This document shows positions 28,880 to 38,195 of a stretch of 64,000 bases of DNA, piece by piece. The translations under genes and the position numbers were made by a program. The first letter of the stretch is position 1. Every line of letters begins with the position of its first letter. The stretch covers positions 58,732 through 122,731 of the forward strand of contig DATJLR010000001.1 in assembly GCA_035509435.1 (NCBI GenBank), given 5' to 3'. The notes under the pieces are model-generated. The model did no database searches. It worked only from the letters and a program-made list of their open reading frames with translations, and was not told the origin of the DNA. Origin of the DNA: Minisyncoccota bacterium (lineage in GTDB: Bacteria > Patescibacteriota > Minisyncoccia > UBA6257 > 2-01-FULL-56-20).

Positions 28880-31687
28880 CTATTCCTTGATTAATTCCTC
28901 AACTTGAGATTCTGCCAATATCCTTGGATTATGACCGACGAAAGCTTTTATGGCTTTTTTAAAATTCTCATCCCGATTCTCCAATGTTTTTAGATTGGCA
29001 AAAAATGTGTCAGATGCATCCGAGGGCAAACCAATACTCTTTATCGCTTCCAGCCATCGCCGCAAAACAGTATCGTCCGGAATTTCATTGTGTCGGTTGA
29101 TAATATTGCGAACGACATCAACCTTAAACCTAGAATTCCCTTGGAATTCATCTGGAAAATCATAATGGATATACTCCAAGAAATCGAAAAGTAGAGGAAG
29201 GGGCTTCCCATTCAAATTATTAACGATGCCGCCCTTCTCGGCCTCGCTAAATTCTTTTGCCGGAAATTTTACCTCAGTGAGTAAATCGAGAGTTTGATAT
29301 GTGCGCCTGATCAAATCCTCTCGAATTTCCCTGTCAATCTGAAAAAGCTTTGTATTTGCTATCGCCTCTAAGATATTCTCTGGAGTATTTGCGGTTGTCT
29401 CTATGAATTGCCTAAGGCAACCATTAATTTCGTTAAGGAGTGGGTTACCTTCAAAACGAATCCGTAGTAAAATTTTTACAATTAAAACTCGCATCCCCCA
29501 ATCTCCGTAAGTATTATAAAGCGCCAGAACCTGACTCGAGAAAGACCTCAATTGAGTATTAGAGACTTCAGGAGTAAGTTGTGATAGTTTAATTTTTTCG
29601 GCAAATTCCAAAGCTGCCAATAATACTTTTTCAGCATAAACCGTCTGGACGGGTTGATACTGCATGAGAAAAAAGAGTTGCCACAGAATTGGCCCATACA
29701 AAAGTGGTGTAAATGGCTTTTCTTCAGTTAAGAATTTTAATAGTTTCTCCAGTGTGGCAACCTGCTCTTCTCCTAATTGCCCCGGAAAAACAACTTCGCC
29801 CTTTAAATGATTTAAAACATTGGCCTTTGCTTGCGCTAGCTCTTTATTAAAAGGAGCAAATGCAGTCCAAGCGTTAGGTGAACTTACAAGGGAAAAAAGC
29901 TCTATGGGATCATTGACATTTTTATTTATTTCCTCAGGTCGAGACGCAATAGAATTTAAAAAGTGAGCAAAATTTTTCGCTATCGTATTTTGAGTCTTCC
30001 GGTGGAGACTAGAGAAACCTTCGTTAAATATTCTCGAAAAATCTATCTTATCTTCCACTGGTAAAAATCCCTCAGGTCTAATAAGCTCAAAAATCCTTTC
30101 AAGAAATTGCTCGAAGGCAACAAGATTGTCCTTATCAAACAAGCTATGAATTGAAACAAAAACATTGGTAAGCTTATCGATTTTATGTTCGTTATGTCGT
30201 ACATAATTTGATAACAACCCTTGAAATTCAGTCATTCCATCTACCTCGACAATCTTTTCATAAATTTTCTTCAATGCCTCCGTATCAATATTCTCGGCCG
30301 CAGTAATAAAGCTCTCCCATTCTGGAACCTTTTTTTGTTCTGGCGTTTCCTTGAGTGAGAAAAATAAATTGGCGCGTTCATCTGAAACCGTTGTTGTGGT
30401 ATTTATAAAATTTGAGAAGTCTTCGTCCCTAAATCTCTGATCATTAGAAAATGACCACGCTATAATTTGATCCAGCGAATCTGATGTCCTTAATACTTTT
30501 GCCTCAAGAATTTTATATAGTTCTGGCCACTTGGTTCTTATGACTAATATTTTCGCTAAAAATGGAATTTTTTCTTTATCTAAAATGTATTCCATATTCC
30601 TCTGCTTAGCCAAGAGGTATTGAGCCGTAAGGGAATTTAGGAATTGGATAATCTCACGGGGATTATTTCTGAAGGCCCGGCTTATAATAAAAACCAGCGA
30701 ACTATTACCTTGAAAATCAGCTACTTTTGTTTTGATAATATTTTTCGATATATAGTTATCGAGTTCAAGATCCAATAAGCGCGGGATCCTGATAGAGAGG
30801 TTAAAAAACTTTCTTAAAAATTCTTCCGTATCAAAATCCTCGCCGAAAGTTCCTCGAAGTTGATCGTTTATAGCCTGGTCATCACAAGGGATAAGGAAAA
30901 TAGCTCCAACGCCTTCCGCTGTTTTTTCATTAGCCAAAAAAGTTTTGATATCGCTCAGTAATGCGACAGCCTTCTCTTTGTCCAATCGATCAAGATTATC
31001 AATTATGATAAGTATCTTGTCTTTTAGCTTCTTGAGCGCTTCACTATAATAATATTCAAAACCTTCAGCAGAATCGGTTCGAGGAGTCTCGACATTTATT
31101 TGAGATATATCAACGATATTCGCCAAAAACTTATATATAACCGCAAAGATGCCTAGCGTAAGTATGGCGGATATACCCTTCTGTGCCAAAGCGGCAAAAG
31201 CTTGATCAAATCCAAAATTCCAAATCCATTGATTAACAGCAAAAAGGGCGAGGAGAAAAAGTAACGTGACAACGACGGGGACAAAAATCTTTACGATTAT
31301 TTTGTCAAAGCTACTTTTTAAACTCTCTATCAAGGAGAAGGTCCTAGGAACTGTTAGTGATTGATTTAATGTTTCCTTATAGCGAAGCGATCCTTGAAAG
31401 ATGTCTTTATCAAACTCAATAAGAAACTGGCGTCGAAAAGAGTCGCGTTCATATTTCCAAGTATCAAAATAAAAAACCTTGCTCCCTTCAGCAACGAGAT
31501 GATCCCGTAATAGATAACAGATAGAGCTTTTGCCAGAGCCCCACTGTCCATAAAGTCCGATCGTAAGCGGCGCGGGACTTTTAATATATATTTCCTTGAT
31601 CTGCTCAGCAATATCTGAATAGCCGAAATGATCAGCATCATTCCTTCCGAGGGGAGCATCCTTTATAATCTCAAATTCATTGCTCAT
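28880..31687 (-). CDS. KAP-family P-loop NTPase
   Basis: TIGLYGQWGSGKSS, FDTWKY, two TMs, IIIDNLDR, FLRKFF, NPREI. Confidence 0.92.
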   Translation of the reverse strand: MSNEFEIIKDAPLGRNDADHFGYSDIAEQIKEIYIKSPAPLTIGLYGQWGSGKSSICYLLRDHLVAEGSKVFYFDTWKYERDSFRRQFLIEFDKDIFQGSLRYKETLNQSLTVPRTFSLIESLKSSFDKIIVKIFVPVVVTLLFLLALFAVNQWIWNFGFDQAFAALAQKGISAILTLGIFAVIYKFLANIVDISQINVETPRTDSAEGFEYYYSEALKKLKDKILIIIDNLDRLDKEKAVALLSDIKTFLANEKTAEGVGAIFLIPCDDQAINDQLRGTFGEDFDTEEFLRKFFNLSIRIPRLLDLELDNYISKNIIKTKVADFQGNSSLVFIISRAFRNNPREIIQFLNSLTAQYLLAKQRNMEYILDKEKIPFLAKILVIRTKWPELYKILEAKVLRTSDSLDQIIAWSFSNDQRFRDEDFSNFINTTTTVSDERANLFFSLKETPEQKKVPEWESFITAAENIDTEALKKIYEKIVEVDGMTEFQGLLSNYVRHNEHKIDKLTNVFVSIHSLFDKDNLVAFEQFLERIFELIRPEGFLPVEDKIDFSRIFNEGFSSLHRKTQNTIAKNFAHFLNSIASRPEEINKNVNDPIELFSLVSSPNAWTAFAPFNKELAQAKANVLNHLKGEVVFPGQLGEEQVATLEKLLKFLTEEKPFTPLLYGPILWQLFFLMQYQPVQTVYAEKVLLAALEFAEKIKLSQLTPEVSNTQLRSFSSQVLALYNTYGDWGMRVLIVKILLRIRFEGNPLLNEINGCLRQFIETTANTPENILEAIANTKLFQIDREIREDLIRRTYQTLDLLTEVKFPAKEFSEAEKGGIVNNLNGKPLPLLFDFLEYIHYDFPDEFQGNSRFKVDVVRNIINRHNEIPDDTVLRRWLEAIKSIGLPSDASDTFFANLKTLENRDENFKKAIKAFVGHNPRILAESQVEELIKE

Positions 31688-31810
31688 CGAATTAGCTTAA
31701 CTCCAATAATGCCGGATTTTTACTGAAAAATAAAGAGCTCGTCAAACAATCTGCGATTGGGAACTCCTGATCGGATTTACAAGCAAAATCGCTTATCTTA
31801 TAGTTAATCC

Positions 31811-32004
31811 ACAACTAAATAGGGTTGCCTAAACTCAGCAATTTGCAGGGCATGGCACATAGAAAACCGATGAAGGCAGAAAGCTCTCAATCAGAGCCAC
31901 CTTCATCGGTCATATCTGGAAACGGATATGGGTCGCAAGACCAGCTGGTTGGGAGCTTTCTGGCATAAAACTCTCAACCGGCCCTAAAGGTCGGTTTTCG
32001 TTTT
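31811..32004 (+). ncRNA. Structured ncRNA, copy B (unrecognised class), with terminator
   Basis: TTTACA-17nt-TATAGT promoter; receptor hairpin 31826-31857; S1 31866-31876/31900-31910; S2 31877-31894/31945-31962; GAAA and GCAA hairpins; terminator 31976-32004. Confidence 0.8.
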
Positions 32005-32014
32005 AAATAAAACC

Positions 32015-32254
32015 ATGAATTTAAACTCACTTCCAAGACATCAAAAGACAAAGATGTTCGTTATCGCTAACCGCAAACATTTCTTTGCGGATGGCATCAT
32101 AAAGAAAGACCTAGAAGAAGCGGAGTATAAAAGACTGGGGCTTCCGGCTCCTCTCTATGCCATGTACGGAAAATATATTCCCGGCAAAAGCTACACACTT
32201 GATCCTATGGCGGACAGCATCGGAGAAATGCAGAGCAGAATAATTATCTGGTAA
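32015..32254 (+). CDS. Small hypothetical protein
   Basis: 79-aa ORF directly after ncRNA B. Confidence 0.6.
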   Translation: MNLNSLPRHQKTKMFVIANRKHFFADGIIKKDLEEAEYKRLGLPAPLYAMYGKYIPGKSYTLDPMADSIGEMQSRIIIW

Positions 32255-32258
32255 AACT

Positions 32259-32714
32259 ATGGAACAAAAACCGAAAGGCAAATTGCTTGATTGGCTGAAC
32301 CATCATCCTGTCATAACTATCGTGATGATCATGTTCGTCATCGGCATAGTCGGCGTAACGGCAGAGGCAATTGCGGGGCAAGGATCATCAACAACCTCCA
32401 ATAGCGACCTTCAAGCTACTGTCGAAACAACGAATGATGGCATCTCCATTACCAATCTCGAAAGCGACTCATGGCAATCGTGTGAAGTTGGAGTAAATGG
32501 CGGATGCGGATTCAATTTCGATAATCCTCCCTATCAGAGCCATATTTCATTCGATCTTGCAGGAGGAGCTAGCACCACTATTCCCTACAGCACGCTTACG
32601 AGCGCAGATGGCACTCGGTTCGATATAACTACCCACGCAGTGAACTCGATTGTCATCATGTGTTCGATGGGAGCAAACGATCGGACGGAAAGAAGCTTCT
32701 GTGGGATGCAGTGA
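32259..32714 (+). CDS. Hypothetical membrane-anchored protein
   Basis: N-terminal TM, Cys-containing beta-rich ectodomain. Confidence 0.7.
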   Translation: MEQKPKGKLLDWLNHHPVITIVMIMFVIGIVGVTAEAIAGQGSSTTSNSDLQATVETTNDGISITNLESDSWQSCEVGVNGGCGFNFDNPPYQSHISFDLAGGASTTIPYSTLTSADGTRFDITTHAVNSIVIMCSMGANDRTERSFCGMQ

Positions 32715-32777
32715 AAATTTTTATACCGCTATCTTCTAGGAATTGCCGGCAGAAAGCTTACCTTGCGGTATTAAAGA

Positions 32778-33230
32778 TTATGCCGAATGATCTGTCGATT
32801 TTTCGCTCTGTTTCTTTTTTACTATCGCCAAAAAATAATCCAGAACTTCTCCCTCGTTTAAATGCTCAGCGATTAAATTTTGGATTTGCTTTACCAGTCC
32901 CCACAAGAGCAAGAAGAAAAGCACGATGGCGATAAAATCGAAAATAGGCCCTTTCGGTTTATATTGAATAATAATATCGGCAAATATATTTCCAAAAATT
33001 CCGAGCAGAAGGCCGAGCACTAAAGTGTAAAGGGTTTGCCTCAAATTTCTATTATCATCGAGAATCTTATTGATCTCAAAGCTCTTAGGAGTTCTAAAGT
33101 CATAAAATTCATCGACGACCGCCTTTTGATCTTCAGGGCTAAGGCTGTTCCACTTCTCTACGTCGGAAGATCTTAGCCTATCTGCAATTTCCTTCTTGTC
33201 TTCTCTTATCCGTTTCTCTTTCGTTTCCAT
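32778..33230 (-). CDS. Hypothetical two-TM protein
   Basis: Two hydrophobic helices. Confidence 0.7.
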   Translation of the reverse strand: METKEKRIREDKKEIADRLRSSDVEKWNSLSPEDQKAVVDEFYDFRTPKSFEINKILDDNRNLRQTLYTLVLGLLLGIFGNIFADIIIQYKPKGPIFDFIAIVLFFLLLWGLVKQIQNLIAEHLNEGEVLDYFLAIVKKKQSEKSTDHSA

Positions 33231-33658
33231 ATTGCCTTATATCTTAGAGCATTATCTGGCTGTATCAAGTAGTCATACAAACAGCTCTTTTTGAGCGCAA
33301 AAGGGCTCTTTTTTGGCACTTTTCGGCGCTAAAAAGGAGTTTTCACAGCTTAAGCGCGCTTTTTTAATACGCGTCAGTTTTGGCACTTTTAATTTCAAGC
33401 AGGCTCAAAGAAGACACATCCGCTTGATGACATCAGGACGGAAGAAATGGACTAAACAACAATCAGCGTATTTGTGCGAAGTATAAAAGAGGACATCAAA
33501 TGTGTCCCAGCAAAAACGCGGATAATGCGCGAATAACATCCGCGAACAAAACTCAATCGCTATTTTTTTGTTATTTAATCCACAGAAATATCCACATTCA
33601 AGCACCAACCTATCGTCCTCGTGCGAGAATAGGTTCACGCCAAAATTAAATCGCGCAA

Positions 33659-34048
33659 ATGAAACTTAAACCTACCGGAAATTTTATGCTGCTACCGAAA
33701 GAACTCGTTTCCAGCCATCTGAAATTACTCGGCACCAGAGACTTCTCCGTCCTGCTGGCCCTTTGGTACCTTCACCACTCCTATTCGACACCTTGTCCGT
33801 GGATAACGGACGAGCGGCTCTCGAACGACTTCGGCTTCAGCAAGAAGAATCTCCAGCGATCAAGGAAGCGACTCAAGGAAAATGGCTTCATCGACTACAA
33901 AATCGGCTACCGGATCGGAAACCACGCAAGAGCAACGCGTTATCTCCTCGTCCCTGATGCCAAGATCCGCGCCTCATTCCGTATCCCTGACGAGCCAAAG
34001 TGGCTACCTGCTCGGCAAGGACATAGGAAGCCAAATAGACCACCTTAA
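33659..34048 (+). CDS. Winged-HTH replication-initiator-like protein
   Basis: FMLLPKEL, ...L..DFGFSKKNLQRSRKRLKENGFI, ATRYLL; pattern typical of phage replisome-organiser N-termini. Confidence 0.65.
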   Translation: MKLKPTGNFMLLPKELVSSHLKLLGTRDFSVLLALWYLHHSYSTPCPWITDERLSNDFGFSKKNLQRSRKRLKENGFIDYKIGYRIGNHARATRYLLVPDAKIRASFRIPDEPKWLPARQGHRKPNRPP

Positions 34049-34111
34049 TTAAGAATTGTACCTAAGAATGCAAATAGCAATTAACTTCGTTAATAAATTT
34101 TTTTCAAACAA

Positions 34112-34606
34112 ATGGCAATTAGACTCTACCACCAAAAGCTTAAGGCCTTCGACGAATATCTCGCTCACAAAGGAATACACCGAGGAAAAGTTCAGACGCT
34201 GGTCGAATTTTACCGATTCTTGAACGGTCAACTCGACACACCCACGTGGACGTTCCCCTTCTCGCGCCACTTGAAAGCCGCGCAGAAAATCCTCATTTGG
34301 TCCCAAGACGACCTCGCTAAAGCGAAAGGGTTCATCTTTGACTGCTGGTATCACTACCATAGACGATACCCAAACTGGAATCTCGACACAGCCTACAGAA
34401 ATATCCCACTTCTCTATGACGCAGAAAAAAATCAGATCGAGCACGCGCACCAGACTCTTAGCGGTTCAGAAAAGCTGGGCTTACTGGAGGCAATTACTCA
34501 GGCAAGGTCGGCCGCTTGGAGCGCGCGCGTTGACGATGACGAAGAACGCGCAATGATCGCCAAGGCAAAAGAGGATTTTCTCCACTCCTTAGAAACCGGA
34601 GACTAG
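34112..34606 (+). CDS. Hypothetical protein
   Basis: 164-aa ORF co-oriented between the Rep-like gene and the recombinase. Confidence 0.7.
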   Translation: MAIRLYHQKLKAFDEYLAHKGIHRGKVQTLVEFYRFLNGQLDTPTWTFPFSRHLKAAQKILIWSQDDLAKAKGFIFDCWYHYHRRYPNWNLDTAYRNIPLLYDAEKNQIEHAHQTLSGSEKLGLLEAITQARSAAWSARVDDDEERAMIAKAKEDFLHSLETGD

Positions 34607-34621
34607 TCTCTTATATTTAAC

Positions 34622-34726
34622 ATGCAACGGAACATTGAGAACCAGGATCAGGGATCAGCCGCAATCGATCGCCTCGCCGAGATCCTGATTCTCATTGCAA
34701 TTTCCCTGCAAGAAAAAAAGGAATAA
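34622..34726 (+). CDS. 34-aa peptide immediately upstream of recombinase 2
   Basis: MQRNIENQDQGSAAIDRLAEILILIAISLQEKKE; stop codon is 1 nt before the recombinase ATG. Confidence 0.5.
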   Translation: MQRNIENQDQGSAAIDRLAEILILIAISLQEKKE

Positions 34727-34727
34727 T

Positions 34728-36248
34728 ATGTCGTCAGCAATCCTTTACCTCCGCGTCAGCTCTACGGCGCAGGCCGCAAAAGAAAATCCCATTGAGACCC
34801 AACAAGAGGCCTGTCTTGCCTATGCCAAGCAAAAAGGATACGAGATCAACCTTGAGACCGGAATTTATATGGACAAAGGAATCTCCGGCAGGACGGATGA
34901 AAGAGCGGACTTCAAGCGGATGGTGGATCGCCTTAAAACGGACACCTCGATAGAAGCCGTTATTGCCTACGACATTTCAAGGATATTCCGAAACGGCGTC
35001 GAATACTTCCTTTTTAAGGAAGACATCGAGAGGCACGGCAAACGATTCCTTTCTGTTAGTGAAGCACTAAGCGGAGACAAGAACCCTGCCAATTGGATGA
35101 TGGAATGGATTTTGGCTGGTTTTGCCGAATTCAGATCCCGTCAAGATGGAGAAAAGATAAGGCTCGGCATGCAACACAAAGCGATATCTGGCATCCTTCC
35201 CGGTAAAGCACCTTACGGCTACAAGAACGTAAGAGAGCACCGATCCGGAGATAAAGACAAAAGATGGATCGAGGTGGATGAGAACGAAGGACCTTGGGTC
35301 ACGAAAGCTTTTACTGACTTCGCGAGTGGCGCATACTCGCTTCACGATCTTGTAAGAAAACTGCGAGAAGAAGGCTTCCCAACCCGAAACGGAAAACCTC
35401 TCGCCGTAAGTACGATCGAACAAATCCTCAAATATAAACTGTATATCGGCCATCTTTCTTGGGGAGGAGTTGAAAACCCAAGCAGTACCCAACCCAAACT
35501 TACCGACGAGGAAACATTTTATAAGGTGCAAGCTATTCTTTCCACTCGAAACCTCGGAGCTTGCCGGAAACGAAAGCATCGATTCCTTTTGCGAGGTATT
35601 TCCTATTGTGGAGAATGTGGAGCACGAATCAACGCAGGCAATCATCACGGCAGAAAAGGTACTTACCCCTACTATAGTTGTCAAAAACGGATTGGTGGAA
35701 ATAAGGTCTTCTGCTCTCAGCCGATGTTTGCCTTGCCGGAAGCAGAAAAGCAATTTGCTCGTCTTATGAAATCTATTCAGCTCTCTGAATCAGCGACCGA
35801 AAGGCTTGCCGATCGAGTCAAGGAATCCGCTAAGAAGTTCCAAGCCAGCAACCATGAAATAAGAACCTCGCTAGCAAAACAACTGGAAGAAACAGAGAGC
35901 CGGAAAAAATCTCTGACCGAGAAATATATAGACGAAAGCATCGATCGAGAAACCTATCTGGCGCATAAGGCAGAACTCGAAGCGAAGGAGGCTAAATGCC
36001 GCACCGAGCTTGGCAAAATCGACAGCAAATTATCGTCATGGAAAGAAACCACGGAGAAAGCGCTGGCCCTCATTAAGAACTGCTACGAGGCATATCAGAA
36101 AGCAAATTATGATCAAAAAATCGCCTTAGCCCACACAATTTTCGAAAAATTGACCATAAAAGACAGGAAGATAACTCAGGCAAAACTCAAAGAACCCTTC
36201 AATTACCTGCTGAAAAAGAAGGTTTCACGGAATACTGTGTTTATATAA
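34728..36248 (+). CDS. Large serine recombinase 2
   Basis: YLRVSS, DISRIFRN, APYGY, CGECG..YYSC zinc ribbon; ends 8 nt from the tmRNA 3' end. Confidence 0.96.
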   Translation: MSSAILYLRVSSTAQAAKENPIETQQEACLAYAKQKGYEINLETGIYMDKGISGRTDERADFKRMVDRLKTDTSIEAVIAYDISRIFRNGVEYFLFKEDIERHGKRFLSVSEALSGDKNPANWMMEWILAGFAEFRSRQDGEKIRLGMQHKAISGILPGKAPYGYKNVREHRSGDKDKRWIEVDENEGPWVTKAFTDFASGAYSLHDLVRKLREEGFPTRNGKPLAVSTIEQILKYKLYIGHLSWGGVENPSSTQPKLTDEETFYKVQAILSTRNLGACRKRKHRFLLRGISYCGECGARINAGNHHGRKGTYPYYSCQKRIGGNKVFCSQPMFALPEAEKQFARLMKSIQLSESATERLADRVKESAKKFQASNHEIRTSLAKQLEETESRKKSLTEKYIDESIDRETYLAHKAELEAKEAKCRTELGKIDSKLSSWKETTEKALALIKNCYEAYQKANYDQKIALAHTIFEKLTIKDRKITQAKLKEPFNYLLKKKVSRNTVFI

Positions 36249-36256
36249 GAGTCCGG

Positions 36257-36574
36257 TGGTGGAAGCGGGCGGAATCGAACCGCCGTGTAAAGATAGTGCC
36301 GATGGGCCGTCTACGAGCGTAGTCTAGCGAATGCTAAGCGAGTGATCCTGTTTCTCGCGGCGCGCTTAGGATCGTCTGCGCGACGCCAGTTCCCTTATAT
36401 AAGACCGGTGACAGCCCAAGGAACCCGGACTGGCCGATCCCCGCGGTTACGCGTTAAGCGTAAGCGAGGGCTGGAACTCGGTTAGAGTTGGCAGTTGTAG
36501 TTTTTGCAGCGATAACGGCGCTGCGAACGGCTCGCAAACCCACGGATTGTCTTTATCGAAGCCAGTGCGCTCCC
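36257..36574 (-). ncRNA. ssrA: tmRNA; tag ANSNRVPALAYA*
   Basis: 5' GGGAGCG / 3' CGCTTCCACCA acceptor stem with G3.U70; T-arm GGCGG-TTCGATT-CCGCC; resume context AACT-GCC; tag ends LAYA; TGGTATAAT promoter upstream. Confidence 0.96.
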
Positions 36575-36682
36575 CATAATGCTGCCGATATTATACCATG
36601 CCGAATGCTATAATAAAAGGGATAGCGATTCCTCGCGAAAGGTCGAAGCAAAACCGGATTTTAACGAATTTTTAATCTTTTT

Positions 36683-36892
36683 ATGGAAGAAGGAAAAATG
36701 GAGGGGAAGGGAATGGCCTGCAAGTGCCCTCACCACAGGGTGATACCGTGGCTCATCATCCTGATCGGCCTCGATTTCTTTTTGGGCGGGATCAATGTGT
36801 TGACGTGGGGCTTCGTGGACATCACGTGGCCGATCCTCCTCATCATCGCGGGCGGCACCAAGCTGGTAGGGTGCAAGTGCTGCAGCAAGTAG
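36683..36892 (+). CDS. Small Cys/His-rich membrane protein
   Basis: CKCPHH, two TMs, CKCC. Confidence 0.75.
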   Translation: MEEGKMEGKGMACKCPHHRVIPWLIILIGLDFFLGGINVLTWGFVDITWPILLIIAGGTKLVGCKCCSK

Positions 36893-36893
36893 T

Positions 36894-37511
36894 TTAGGCG
36901 GAAGGAGGGGAAGAGGGAGGAATGACGGCAGACGCCGGTTCTTCGGTGACCTTCTGCACATTCGCGCGCTCCAGGAGCTGGGCCTGCAGCCACTCGGCGA
37001 GGTCCTTGTCGAGCGCGGGCAGCATTCCCTCGGAATCGTCATCGCCGGGATGCTCCCCTTCCTCGTGGCCGGCCGTCAGGATGACGATCTCGCTGAGGCC
37101 GATCATCTGGAACGCGAGATCGCGCCGGATGTCCACGTCCTGGATCTGTCGGTACGGGATCGAGACCTCTTCTTTGTTCAAAATGCCGCGCTTGATCTTG
37201 AGCGAGTCCTCGCCAAGGCAATATTTATAGTTTTTATAGATGAGCCATGAAATGAGGAATGTGACGCCGCCCACGAGCACGAAGAGCAGAAGCCCAAGCC
37301 ATGCGCCGAGCGACATATACGGCGCCAGGTTGCCGATCGGCGTGGAAACAAGGAACGGTTGCCCGCTCACCGCAAAGAGCACGATCGTGAGGAGCAGCAA
37401 AACGAACGCCGCGTGTACGCGTTGCAGCAGAAATATCCAAAAGGTCTTCTTGCCCATGGTGTGATAGACCTCTTGGGGGATGCCGGGGTGCGTTATCGGG
37501 GTCTCTTGCAT
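36894..37511 (-). CDS. Bacterial PH-domain (bPH_2) membrane protein
   Basis: Two TMs, then KRGIL...IPYRQIQDV...GL...TAG. Confidence 0.85.
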   Translation of the reverse strand: MQETPITHPGIPQEVYHTMGKKTFWIFLLQRVHAAFVLLLLTIVLFAVSGQPFLVSTPIGNLAPYMSLGAWLGLLLFVLVGGVTFLISWLIYKNYKYCLGEDSLKIKRGILNKEEVSIPYRQIQDVDIRRDLAFQMIGLSEIVILTAGHEEGEHPGDDDSEGMLPALDKDLAEWLQAQLLERANVQKVTEEPASAVIPPSSPPSA

Positions 37512-37548
37512 CTTTTGATTATTCTACCACAGCTGATATAATGGAGGC

Positions 37549-38055
37549 ATAATCAAGCCGCGTATCAATAATCTTATAACCGCGCCCGAGCTTCGCGTCA
37601 TCGGCGAGAAGGGCGAGAATCTGGGGGTCATGCCGCGCGCTGACGCCCTCGCGCTCGCGCGCCCGGACGACGGCATCGACCTGATAGAGATCTCCGCCGC
37701 GGCAAAGCCACCCGTCGTGCGCCTCATGAGCTACGACAAATTCCGCTACGAAGAGGAAAAGCGGATCAAAAAGGAGCGCGCGGCGCAGAAGACCGCGTCC
37801 ATGAAGGCCGTACAAATCACGGCCAAGGCCGCGCACAACGACCTGATGGTAAAAGTGCGCCAGGTGGAAAAGTTCTTCAACGAAGGCCATCCCGTGGAAG
37901 TGGTCATGCGCTTGCGCGGCCGTGAGAAGCGCAACAAGGACTGGGCGATGGAAAAGCTCAAGGAATTTTTGACGCTCATCCCCGTGGAGTACAAGAAGCT
38001 GAACGAGCCCAAGTTTTTGGGCAACGGCCCCGCGGTGCAGATCGCAAAGAAATAA
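37549..38055 (+). CDS. infC: Translation initiation factor IF-3, non-AUG start (ATA 37549 or ATC 37552)
   Basis: PRINNLITAPELRVIG..GENLGVM, DLIEIS..AKPPVVRLMSYDKF, LRGRE. Confidence 0.93.
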   Translation: MIKPRINNLITAPELRVIGEKGENLGVMPRADALALARPDDGIDLIEISAAAKPPVVRLMSYDKFRYEEEKRIKKERAAQKTASMKAVQITAKAAHNDLMVKVRQVEKFFNEGHPVEVVMRLRGREKRNKDWAMEKLKEFLTLIPVEYKKLNEPKFLGNGPAVQIAKK

Positions 38056-38195
38056 AATATCCCTCTCCTGCTTCGCTCCGACGTCGGAACGTCCACTCGC
38101 TCAGCAGAAGAGGGATATTTTATTTTGAGGTACAGCAGTCGGCCTCCCCTTGACATAGAATATTTATATGGTATACTTTCTCCTAGCTCACTTAT

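Larger units (their letters stand above)
27741..36263. mobile_element. ~8.5 kb AT-rich integrative element 2 at the tmRNA 3' end
   Basis: GGTGGA core at both ends (27741-27746, 36258-36263); abrupt drop in GC content; serine recombinase, Rep-like HTH and KAP NTPase cargo. Confidence 0.8.

Noticed and set aside
36257-36290. tRNA gene
   Set aside because: The T-arm and acceptor stem belong to tmRNA; the tag ORF and 318-nt length fit.
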